A DNA stretch of 64,000 bases from Phapecoctavirus DIJ07P1, in sequence record OZ035743.1; one strand, given 5' to 3'. Both the position numbers and the translations under genes were made by a program. This document shows positions 20,107 to 28,176 of the stretch, one piece after another. Under the pieces are notes generated by a model. It saw only the letters and a program-made list of their open reading frames with translations, searched no databases and was not told the DNA's origin. Position 1 is the stretch's first letter, and the number at the start of each line of letters is the position of its first letter.

Positions 20107-20303
20107 TACTCCTCCTCCTCATTGAAGTCAATATCTGCAAGGAGTTGGAATTTACGGAAGTTACGACAACCTTCATAAATATAACAATCACGACAAACTG
20201 CTAGAACACTTGGGGGATATATGCCTCCCATCGGTGCGAATCGTTTTTCGTCATCATAACGGACACCAATGTCTTCATCAATTATATAGATACGGATTCT
20301 CAT
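20106..20303 (-). CDS. Hypothetical Cys-containing small protein
   Basis: 65-aa ORF. Confidence 0.5.
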   Translation of the reverse strand: MRIRIYIIDEDIGVRYDDEKRFAPMGGIYPPSVLAVCRDCYIYEGCRNFRKFQLLADIDFNEEEE

Positions 20304-21412
20304 TTACCAAGCCCTCGTTTCACAGCAGCTACCATCCCGTCTTCCAAAGATTGAACTTCATTAATATAATCAACACGAGCAGCACGGGCTTCCGTATTGA
20401 TGCGGTTAGTTTCTTCCAACATCTTAACCAAGTTTTCCTGATCGTGACGCAGAGTTTCAATATCCAACACTTGACGGTTAGCCAGTGCTGCTGCTTCGAT
20501 CTGATTCTGTGTGGCAAGATCGCTACCCAGTTTAATTGCCAGGTTAAATTCATCAAGAACGTTATTCTGCGTCTCTGCTGCTTTCATTTGACGTAAGCTC
20601 TCGATATACATTGAGAAGTTAGCAGAGTAAGCAGGAATAACATTATTTACTATGTTACGCGCAGATCGCATTAAGCTTGCAGAAACTTTTTGCATACCTT
20701 GTACACGCGGTCCCATTTGGACACACAGTAGGCGCAATGCTTTTAAATCTGCAATACGAATCTCCAGAAGATCCAAAGTATCTCGGATCACTTGTCGCTG
20801 TTCTACTGCATCTTCTGGAAGAGCAGCCAAAGCTTGTTCTTCTTTTTCATAGGTTGCTGTTAGAAGCTGCATATCTCGGTTCAAACTTGCAGCATATTGT
20901 CCAATAGCTTGATGTAGCTTTTCAAGATATACCAAGGAATCTTCTTCTTTGCGAATATCCATTTGAAGGTTTTTTACCAACTCTTCAATACGGTTATTAA
21001 CATTATCAAACTCCCCAAACAGATCTTCTTTCATACCCATAACTTTTTTAATGAGTTTAGTAATACCCTTGCTTTGTTTAATAGAGTTTGGATCAAGTTG
21101 TTTTGCCTGTTTAATCAAAGCTGTGAGTCGTTCACTCATCTGATCGCCTTGATTACTACGTTGATGTTTTAATACCTCGGCATTCAAGGAACGCAAGGTT
21201 GTTCCTGCCTCTGCTCCAATCTCTTCGATCTCCTGTCGGGTCATAGAAGGCAAAACTGGAACTTCTTGCGGTGCCGCTGGTGCATAAACAGGACTGGCAT
21301 CTAACACGCTTGGAGCGAATACAGATTTACTTGCATCTGTTGTTGCAGCAAATACGCTCATTTCAGGTTTCTTCTGACAGCCAGTAGCTGCTTTTAAAAA
21401 TGGACTTGTCAT
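20300..21412 (-). CDS. Coiled-coil protein, possibly TelA-like
   Basis: 370 aa, helical/coiled-coil composition; TelA assignment rests only on size, composition and Ter context. Confidence 0.6.
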   Translation of the reverse strand: MTSPFLKAATGCQKKPEMSVFAATTDASKSVFAPSVLDASPVYAPAAPQEVPVLPSMTRQEIEEIGAEAGTTLRSLNAEVLKHQRSNQGDQMSERLTALIKQAKQLDPNSIKQSKGITKLIKKVMGMKEDLFGEFDNVNNRIEELVKNLQMDIRKEEDSLVYLEKLHQAIGQYAASLNRDMQLLTATYEKEEQALAALPEDAVEQRQVIRDTLDLLEIRIADLKALRLLCVQMGPRVQGMQKVSASLMRSARNIVNNVIPAYSANFSMYIESLRQMKAAETQNNVLDEFNLAIKLGSDLATQNQIEAAALANRQVLDIETLRHDQENLVKMLEETNRINTEARAARVDYINEVQSLEDGMVAAVKRGLGK

Positions 21413-21999
21413 TCTTCATTCTCCTCTTCTGCATCTCTTATATATGGTGAAACACCGTACTCTTTAGCTACTTTAACCCAATCGTCCCATTTATACAACC
21501 ATAATTTTCCTTCGGTCCCTTCTTTATCTGATTTCAACCACATATTAGGTTGCTTACCTGGGTACATGCGATTAGGTTTACGATTATAACCTCTAACACA
21601 TCTTGTCGCAAACCTATCTACCAGAACAAGAACATATTTATATTCGTGGTTCAACGGCTCTTTGGAAGTGGCTTTAGGATTAGCCCCTAACTCTGCTGCC
21701 AGTTTTTGCCAATGAGCACCGTGTCTACTAAACTTACCCATACAACCATCAATAGCATGAGCAATTTCGTGCTTCATTGTATCCACGATCATATCTCTTG
21801 TAGAGTTCTTATGCAAGTGCCAATTTACAACAACAATTTTATCTCGGTAGTTGCACCAACCGAAAGAGTTATTCACTTTGTTTCTAACACAAGCTTTATA
21901 TCCTGCTTCACGTAACATGTTGTAGTAAACAGGAAAATCTTCTTTTATTTCCTGCATCACTTCCCACCACAAGAGTTGCAAGTCTCTCTCGGTATACAT
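21409..21999 (-). CDS. SprT-like zinc metalloprotease
   Basis: 196 aa; MKHEIAHAIDG HExxH motif. Confidence 0.65.
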   Translation of the reverse strand: MYTERDLQLLWWEVMQEIKEDFPVYYNMLREAGYKACVRNKVNNSFGWCNYRDKIVVVNWHLHKNSTRDMIVDTMKHEIAHAIDGCMGKFSRHGAHWQKLAAELGANPKATSKEPLNHEYKYVLVLVDRFATRCVRGYNRKPNRMYPGKQPNMWLKSDKEGTEGKLWLYKWDDWVKVAKEYGVSPYIRDAEEENEE

Positions 22000-22002
22000 A
22001 AC

Positions 22003-22596
22003 TTACACCTTAAAAGTGAAATGCGTGGTCGTGGTTTCAAAATCAGGACCAGATAAACGTGCACTGAAATCTGAAATATTTGTAATTAAAAAGCTTTTAT
22101 GCATACCTAACACAGCTACGCTTTCAATATCTTCTACTAACATTTCAATCATGTTAGAAACATGGCTGAACGTAGAGTTTTGTTTTTTGATGGTGTAGAA
22201 AGAAAGATTCCCACCTGCTGTATAAGATACCTCTTCAAAATCTTTAATGGTATATTGTGTGCCATCAGTAAAGAAAATGGTAGCTTTATTAGTAGCACGT
22301 TTCTTGTTTTTTGGTCCTTTTTTACGTTTACTGCGAGTAGGCAAACCGTTTGGGAACACCATAGCTACAAATTCTTCAGCAGAAACCTCCTTACCGAAAT
22401 CATAACCATAAGAAACAGCGTCTATAAACTCGTCATCTTCATTTTTAAAATAATGGAAATAGGGCCAATTTGAGAGATTATCGAGCATCTTATGCTCATC
22501 CACAGCAGAGAACGTATCCCTCAAAGCACGTGTGATTTGCAAAGCATTAGGCAAACTTTTAACACCTGTAATGGAAGTACGAATAGAAATTGTCAT
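22003..22596 (-). CDS. Hypothetical protein
   Basis: 197-aa ORF. Confidence 0.6.
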   Translation of the reverse strand: MTISIRTSITGVKSLPNALQITRALRDTFSAVDEHKMLDNLSNWPYFHYFKNEDDEFIDAVSYGYDFGKEVSAEEFVAMVFPNGLPTRSKRKKGPKNKKRATNKATIFFTDGTQYTIKDFEEVSYTAGGNLSFYTIKKQNSTFSHVSNMIEMLVEDIESVAVLGMHKSFLITNISDFSARLSGPDFETTTTHFTFKV

Positions 22597-22610
22597 TGTT
22601 TTTCTCCTTA

Positions 22611-23048
22611 TTAACGTCGCTTGCTACGAGATGAACTCTTTTTACTTAAAGGGCTATTGTAAGATTTACGAGTTGTATAGCTACTATTTGTTTTAAAAGT
22701 TTGTCTCGGCTTTTCATAAGTTTTTATCTCTTGTTTAGGCTTACTATAAAAATTAGTTTTCGGTTTAGGTGTATTATAATGTTTATTAATAATCGTTCTG
22801 TTATCGTTATAATCCCCACTGCTACGATTACTACCGCCACTCATCATATGCCCTAACAACATACCTGTAGCAAACTCACCAACACCGTTACTACTAGAAC
22901 CGCCACCATTGTTGATAATAGTTGTATCTCCGTCAGATCCTTGTTGAGCGTATTGTTGAGGAGGTTGTTGGTATTGTGCAGGATTTGTTTCATCCTCGCA
23001 AGCTGTTAAAAAGATACAACCAATTAAAATCAGGGCTAGTTTTTTCAT
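22611..23048 (-). CDS. Lipoprotein, Gly/Ser/Gln-rich
   Basis: Start set at MKKLALILIGCIFLTAC (lipobox LTAC); low-complexity mature region. Confidence 0.6.
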   Translation of the reverse strand: MKKLALILIGCIFLTACEDETNPAQYQQPPQQYAQQGSDGDTTIINNGGGSSSNGVGEFATGMLLGHMMSGGSNRSSGDYNDNRTIINKHYNTPKPKTNFYSKPKQEIKTYEKPRQTFKTNSSYTTRKSYNSPLSKKSSSRSKRR

Positions 23049-23231
23049 ATTTGCTTTCCTCGTTTTGGCTATTAATACATCTGTGTTTGAAATCTCCAGA
23101 GAAGCAATAAAGTTGCTCTCCATCTCGGTATAAACTCACTTTACTGCCGTTGATTACGCTTGTCAATACAAAAATTACAACAAACAACCCTATTGCAAAA
23201 CAAATATTTTCAAACACAACCAACAAGTATT

Positions 23232-23582
23232 TCATTTTAAAAATACCTCATCATCAGTTTCATTATCCCAGAAGAACAAGTCCCAACCATTCGGATCATT
23301 CCATTTAGCTGCTGGAGAAGTCCATATTTGCTCGATATCAATATTCAAAACTTCACCGTTTCGTTTTGAAACAGCTTTAGTTAATTCCCAACGGGATACA
23401 GGCTCCACTTCCCCTGAACCACTCCCACAACAAGCTACCACATTAGGAGGCAAATTAATTGGATCTTTGGTCACGATCATAACGCTTACCCCAGGGTAAA
23501 CTTTTGAAAGATAATCTAAAACGTAATCCACATCACCAGATAAATCCCAAACAAGTTCTTGAATTTCATCAAAATTATTCAT
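23232..23582 (-). CDS. Hypothetical protein
   Basis: 116-aa ORF. Confidence 0.6.
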   Translation of the reverse strand: MNNFDEIQELVWDLSGDVDYVLDYLSKVYPGVSVMIVTKDPINLPPNVVACCGSGSGEVEPVSRWELTKAVSKRNGEVLNIDIEQIWTSPAAKWNDPNGWDLFFWDNETDDEVFLK

Positions 23583-23602
23583 AAGTCTCTCCTATAAAAT
23601 AG

Positions 23603-23618
23603 CCTCCCGAAGGAGGCT
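23603..23618 (-). terminator. Hairpin downstream of terC
   Basis: gcctcc-cgaa-ggaggc stem-loop, A/T-rich tail on minus strand. Confidence 0.5.
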
Positions 23619-23624
23619 CATCTA

Positions 23625-24599
23625 TTAAACAGAAGCTTCTTCTTTTTCAGGGAAGATAAAGCTTGCAATAACACCAAGAGATAATGTGCCTAGAACAATC
23701 ATCAGACTTACGTTAGGGGAAATATCATGCGGGAGGAATGACCACTTGGCATGAAGTGTTTCACCGAACGGGTGATACATAAGTTTAGCACCAACAAACA
23801 CCAGAACCACAGCAACAGCTTTCTCTAAGTGAACCAGATATTTCACAGCTACACTTAACACAAAGAAAAGTGCACGTAAACCAAGAACAGCCATCAGCAT
23901 TGCAGAATAAACTAGCAGAGGTTCTTGTGTCACACCGATCACAGCCGGAACTGAATCAAAAGAGAAGACAATATCTGTAAGCTCAATAACAAACACACAA
24001 AGAAGAGCAGGAGTTGCATATTTAATACCATTCTTAATGGTGATGAACTTTTCACCATCCAGTGCATTGTGCACAGGCAGAACTTTACCTACTAAACGAA
24101 CAGCCCAATGTTTAGAGTAATCAATATCCTCTTCTTCGTCACCACCTTTGATGATAGCCACGGCAGACCAAGCTACAATCAAACCGAACAACACTTGGAC
24201 CGACCAATGAAGGTTAAACAAAGCGGTCCCTGCTGCAACAAAAATACCTCGGAAGACAATGGCTCCTGCAATCCCCCAAAGTAGAATCTTATGTTGGAGA
24301 TGTGTGCTCTTAATTCCAAAGCTTGCAAAAATTGCCATGAACACCATTAGGTTATCTACAGAAAGACTCTTTTCCAACACATAGCCACTTAGGAAAAGCG
24401 CGGCAAACTCTTTACCATGTTCTACCCAAATGAATGCGTAATACCCTAAAGCTAAAGCAATCCAAAAAACAGACCAAAGCAAAGCAGATTTAATTCCAAT
24501 TTCTTTATTCTCTTTATGACCAAAGAAATCGATACCAATAGACAATGCCAAAATACCAACTAAAACAACTACATCAATAATTGGGAAACCGAGTTGCAT
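23625..24599 (-). CDS. terC: TerC-family integral membrane protein
   Basis: 324 aa, multiple hydrophobic segments; EKSLSVDN matches TerC signature. Confidence 0.8.
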   Translation of the reverse strand: MQLGFPIIDVVVLVGILALSIGIDFFGHKENKEIGIKSALLWSVFWIALALGYYAFIWVEHGKEFAALFLSGYVLEKSLSVDNLMVFMAIFASFGIKSTHLQHKILLWGIAGAIVFRGIFVAAGTALFNLHWSVQVLFGLIVAWSAVAIIKGGDEEEDIDYSKHWAVRLVGKVLPVHNALDGEKFITIKNGIKYATPALLCVFVIELTDIVFSFDSVPAVIGVTQEPLLVYSAMLMAVLGLRALFFVLSVAVKYLVHLEKAVAVVLVFVGAKLMYHPFGETLHAKWSFLPHDISPNVSLMIVLGTLSLGVIASFIFPEKEEASV

Positions 24600-24616
24600 T
24601 CTTTTCTCCTCTCTCT

Positions 24617-24677
24617 GCGGGGGAACTATTCCCCCGCTTCATGTGATATATCTTACTCTTTTTAAGAACTATGTCAA
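24617..24677 (-). promoter_or_regulatory. Promoter-leader cassette driving terC (TTGACA-16-TAAGAT plus 5' leader hairpin)
   Basis: Minus strand reads TTGACA-tagttcttaaaaagag-TAAGAT-atatcacatgaa-GCGGGGGAATAGTTCCCCCGC-agagagaggagaaaag-ATG; same architecture as the 46.5-52.7 kb array. Confidence 0.7.
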
Positions 24678-24680
24678 CAC

Positions 24681-24902
24681 TTATTTTGTTGAATGAGAGG
24701 AAAAGATTCCTCGTAATACCGCCAGAATAAACGAAACACAAACCACGGTCCAGAAGGTTACTGGGACAGTGATATCTGCATGACCCATAACTTCAGCAAC
24801 ATAGTTGTAAGCCAGCAACAGTAACCAAGCTGGAATCAAACTAAGCATAAAAGCAATAACAAAAAAGCTTACCACTGCAACAATACCTGCAAAAACACCC
24901 AT
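24681..24902 (-). CDS. Small membrane protein
   Basis: 73 aa, two hydrophobic segments. Confidence 0.5.
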   Translation of the reverse strand: MGVFAGIVAVVSFFVIAFMLSLIPAWLLLLAYNYVAEVMGHADITVPVTFWTVVCVSFILAVLRGIFSSHSTK

Positions 24903-24914
24903 ACTAATCTCCTC

Positions 24915-25388
24915 TTAAAGTTTATAAATAGTCACATCGTGACCTGTTTTTACTAAAGTTTCTTCAATCATCACTTGGATGATAGCCCAATTACCTCCAG
25001 CATATCCAGCGCCAATCATAGGTAAGCCGATCTTACATTTTTGGTCACGGAGAAGCAAATCATTAGCCATAGCTATTAGTGCATCGTAAAGTGCATCATA
25101 GTCCAACTGACGACCTTTAGCATTGTATCCGTAACGGTATTGCCCGTATAGATTATATACCAAAGGGTCTGATTGTTCGTCTGGCACCCCTAAACTAAAA
25201 GAACCTAACTTACTTTGATCACCAGCCATTGTGTCTAAATCTGCCGCATATGCATAAGGGAATGCTCGTTTAATTTGCGGAGCAATTCCTGCTCCCATAT
25301 TACACATACAATTGCAACAATGAGCAATAACAGTTACTTCACCTGCTTTAGCGGCATCAATAAGATTACCTGTTTTCATTTTAAGCAT
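24915..25388 (-). CDS. Macro-domain protein (ADP-ribose binding/processing)
   Basis: GNLIDAAKAGEVTVIAHCCNCMCNMGAGIA and IGLPMIGAGYAGG blocks resemble macro-domain motifs; start set at Met after AAGGAG RBS. Confidence 0.65.
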   Translation of the reverse strand: MLKMKTGNLIDAAKAGEVTVIAHCCNCMCNMGAGIAPQIKRAFPYAYAADLDTMAGDQSKLGSFSLGVPDEQSDPLVYNLYGQYRYGYNAKGRQLDYDALYDALIAMANDLLLRDQKCKIGLPMIGAGYAGGNWAIIQVMIEETLVKTGHDVTIYKL

Positions 25389-25401
25389 TTTTAGCTCCTT
25401 A

Positions 25402-26229
25402 TTACAGAATGTGTTGTTTTGTGTAACGATCCAAGAATTCAAAGTTTTCAGCATACTTTGAAATTCGGTTGTAACCTTCTCCCAAACATCCGAAGAAAAG
25501 TTGCTCTACATAGTAGTGTGGCAATTGGCTAAGAATGATTTTGAAGTCTTCGTGATTTTGGCCCATAAGATACTTAATAGGACGAACAAGACACTGTGCA
25601 TCACGTTCTTCATTAATCATTTTAACAAACGCTTCTGGTGTATTGATGTAGTTAAAATTCAGTTTAGCTTCAGTATCTGCTTGATTACCTTCATATTTTG
25701 CAAAATACAAGAAGTAAACATCATTTTTAACTTGATTTTCATCAAGAATCTCAATCAGTTTGTCTTCATGAGTTCCGGTGATATTTACATCATCAATGAA
25801 CACAAGCTTCTTATCACCCCAGAATTCTTTGTTGCAGTAGAATGTATCCCCATCAATAAGTTTCTTACGACTAGCTTTATCCAAGAAACCATAATCGTTG
25901 ATATAGCTAACTTTACGATGAATAATATCCAGTTCTGCTGAACGACCTTGATCATATTGTGCTTGCAACATATTAAAGTAATTAATAAAATGATCTGTCA
26001 TCATTGTTGCAGCATTGTGCACATGGTTATAAGGAGAAGGGATGATAACAAATTGTTCCCCAATATGTTTCATTGCCACTTGAGCAAAAAACTGAAGTGC
26101 CAATTCTTTACCCATACGACGCGCAGCTTGGTTACTACCAAATTTCAATTTTGAATAGTCTTTGATATCAAAAGTAGCAGTTTCCAGGTCATCAAATTTA
26201 TTTGCAAAAATTTGAGTTTGATTACGCAT
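25402..26229 (-). CDS. Phosphoribosyltransferase-like (PRTase) protein
   Basis: 275 aa; KLVFIDDVNITGTHEDKL resembles PRPP-binding loop. Confidence 0.55.
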   Translation of the reverse strand: MRNQTQIFANKFDDLETATFDIKDYSKLKFGSNQAARRMGKELALQFFAQVAMKHIGEQFVIIPSPYNHVHNAATMMTDHFINYFNMLQAQYDQGRSAELDIIHRKVSYINDYGFLDKASRKKLIDGDTFYCNKEFWGDKKLVFIDDVNITGTHEDKLIEILDENQVKNDVYFLYFAKYEGNQADTEAKLNFNYINTPEAFVKMINEERDAQCLVRPIKYLMGQNHEDFKIILSQLPHYYVEQLFFGCLGEGYNRISKYAENFEFLDRYTKQHIL

Positions 26230-26899
26230 TTACAATTTCTCCTCTTTTAAGTTTCTCTAGTAAGTCGTTAGGGTTCTTAATATGACAGAAGTTAATCCCT
26301 ATGTCAACACATTTACCATCAAATTCTTCGCTGTCCCCAACATGTAAAATCTCTTCAGCCTTCAAAGGAATGCTTGAATATGTGGCGGTCCTAACAAAGA
26401 ATCTAGGATCTGGTTTACATAACAGATGTTCGTCTGAAAAATGCATAAATTCAAAACAATTCCAACTGTCGAACATACAAGCACGACGCAAAATATCCCC
26501 AGATATAAAATTAGTATTGCTTTTAATACTAAGATCATATTTACCAGACAAGTATAGCAAACAAACTGGCAAATCTAAAGCGATATGTGGAGGAAATTTA
26601 AGAAACCATTGCTCACACTCAAAACGCATTTGTGCAGATTCTACAGGGGTTAAACCTATCTTTCTTCCCAACATATTCCATGCATATGCTACACCTTCTG
26701 CACACCCATTTAGTGCAGCATTATCCATAATTTCTTTGGCATCTTTATATGCTTCTTTTGCCGCACGTTCAGACATTCTACCATATGTAGCAATAGTGTG
26801 CGTACGTGCATCTGCATAGTTTTGATTGGCAGAAATAAGAGTATTCCATACATCAAAAGAAATATGTTTTATTGTCATACTAGGCCCACCACGCATCAA
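26222..26899 (-). CDS. HAD-like hydrolase (non-canonical motif I)
   Basis: ISFDVWNTLI (DxWxT in place of DxDxT) and ILHVGDSEEFDG (motif IV-like); true start may be Met at 26878. Confidence 0.55.
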   Translation of the reverse strand: MMRGGPSMTIKHISFDVWNTLISANQNYADARTHTIATYGRMSERAAKEAYKDAKEIMDNAALNGCAEGVAYAWNMLGRKIGLTPVESAQMRFECEQWFLKFPPHIALDLPVCLLYLSGKYDLSIKSNTNFISGDILRRACMFDSWNCFEFMHFSDEHLLCKPDPRFFVRTATYSSIPLKAEEILHVGDSEEFDGKCVDIGINFCHIKNPNDLLEKLKRGEIVNA

Positions 26900-27485
26900 G
26901 ATTTAAGTTACTGTCTACCACAACTTGTTCTATGTGGTAGCCTTTTATCTGTATCCCACTGTTCAAGAGCATATCATACGCTTCATTGAAACGCAACTTA
27001 TCTTCTGCGGAATATAAGCGAGCATTATAAAATCGGTAATCAATTTCTTCAGCATTAGAAGAAATACGGAAGAAGTTTGTTTCTACTTCGGGATCACTTG
27101 CTGAAGTCTTAATGTGAACTTCTCCATAATTTTCTTTACTTAGATCCATGAAAAGAACACAGGCAACATGTTTAAACATTCGTTCCAGTTTGTAACGAAC
27201 AACATTGAAACCTGCATTCTCAAGTTTTTCTACACACTGCAACATTAAAGTAGTGTCGAGATCGCTTTGATACTTTGTTAACATACGATCACGTTGAGAC
27301 TTTGTATCCCGATGTAAATCAATTGTTGTGCATTTGGCACCAATAATCTTAGCTGCTTTCATCAACTCTTCAGAACTAACGTTAGATAAAGTAAGATGAA
27401 AATGGGCTTTCCACACTTTTTTAGCAGGGACACCAAAAGATTTATCCCCACTATTCGGCATGTTGACTACTACACTATGTTGCAT
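26880..27485 (-). CDS. Hypothetical protein
   Basis: 201 aa; one HxTx element (HLTL) but no second, so 2H phosphoesterase not supported. Confidence 0.55.
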   Translation of the reverse strand: MQHSVVVNMPNSGDKSFGVPAKKVWKAHFHLTLSNVSSEELMKAAKIIGAKCTTIDLHRDTKSQRDRMLTKYQSDLDTTLMLQCVEKLENAGFNVVRYKLERMFKHVACVLFMDLSKENYGEVHIKTSASDPEVETNFFRISSNAEEIDYRFYNARLYSAEDKLRFNEAYDMLLNSGIQIKGYHIEQVVVDSNLNLDAWWA

Positions 27486-27500
27486 TACTTATCTCCTCAC

Positions 27501-27725
27501 TTAAAATGGAAGTCTTTGAAGTTCATCTCCTCCAATATCAAGTAATTTAGCAACATCTCGATCAGAAAGCAACTCTTTTCTTTGTAAAATATCCACAAGG
27601 GTTGCAAGAATCTCCTTAACGTCCCGATCACTGTTCTTCAACAGTTCTCCTGCCGTCCCTACTCTATCTCCTACAGCAAAATATGTAACCATGAAACCTC
27701 CTAAGTTAATCTGATTGCCAACCAC
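27501..27725 (-). CDS. Hypothetical protein
   Basis: 74-aa ORF. Confidence 0.45.
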   Translation of the reverse strand: MVGNQINLGGFMVTYFAVGDRVGTAGELLKNSDRDVKEILATLVDILQRKELLSDRDVAKLLDIGGDELQRLPF

Positions 27726-28176
27726 TTGCCGTTTTGGTCCATAATCTTTGATTATCTGACCCTCTGAAAGGTTTTGTAGTTGGATTGTTTATTTCGTACT
27801 TTCCGTCTACAATAATGTCAATAAGATTTTTAATATACAAAGGCACTTCCTCAAAAGTATATCCTGTATACACCATTATATCTTTGCTTGACCCATAAAC
27901 GTCTCTAACCTTTTCTATAAGGCTTTTAACATTGTGAATATTCTGCGGATCTAATGGTTCTCCTCCTAAAATTGTTAAACCTTTTACAAATGGTCTTGAC
28001 AAATCTTTTAAAACTTGCTCTACATTTTCGTCAGTAAACGGTTTCCCATAAGAATAAGACCAGGCTTTTTGGTTAAAACAGCCACGACAACCGTGGCTAC
28101 AACCACTAACCCAGAGGGAGCACCTAACTCCCTCACCATTAATAAGATCTACAGGTTCATATCCTGCAAAATTCAA
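27706..28176 (-). CDS. nrdG: Anaerobic ribonucleotide reductase activating protein (radical SAM)
   Basis: 156 aa; CSLWVSGCSHGCRGCFN contains CxxxCxxC; directly downstream of nrdD with 4-nt overlap. Confidence 0.85.
   Translation of the reverse strand: MNFAGYEPVDLINGEGVRCSLWVSGCSHGCRGCFNQKAWSYSYGKPFTDENVEQVLKDLSRPFVKGLTILGGEPLDPQNIHNVKSLIEKVRDVYGSSKDIMVYTGYTFEEVPLYIKNLIDIIVDGKYEINNPTTKPFRGSDNQRLWTKTASGWQSD

Noticed and set aside
20300-20329. Lipoprotein signal at the N-terminus of the TelA-like protein (LKAATGC)
   Set aside because: No positively charged n-region or hydrophobic h-region precedes the Cys; too close to the N-terminus for a signal peptide.
22990-23235. 81-aa minus-strand ORF upstream of the lipoprotein gene
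   Set aside because: Would overlap the lipoprotein start by 58 nt and covers its likely TTGACA-17-TAAAGT promoter; kept out of the feature list though not excluded.
26880-27485. 2H phosphoesterase / RNA ligase (LigT-like) assignment for the 201-aa protein
   Set aside because: Only one H-x-T-x element (HLTL) is present; a second such motif, required for the 2H fold, was not found.
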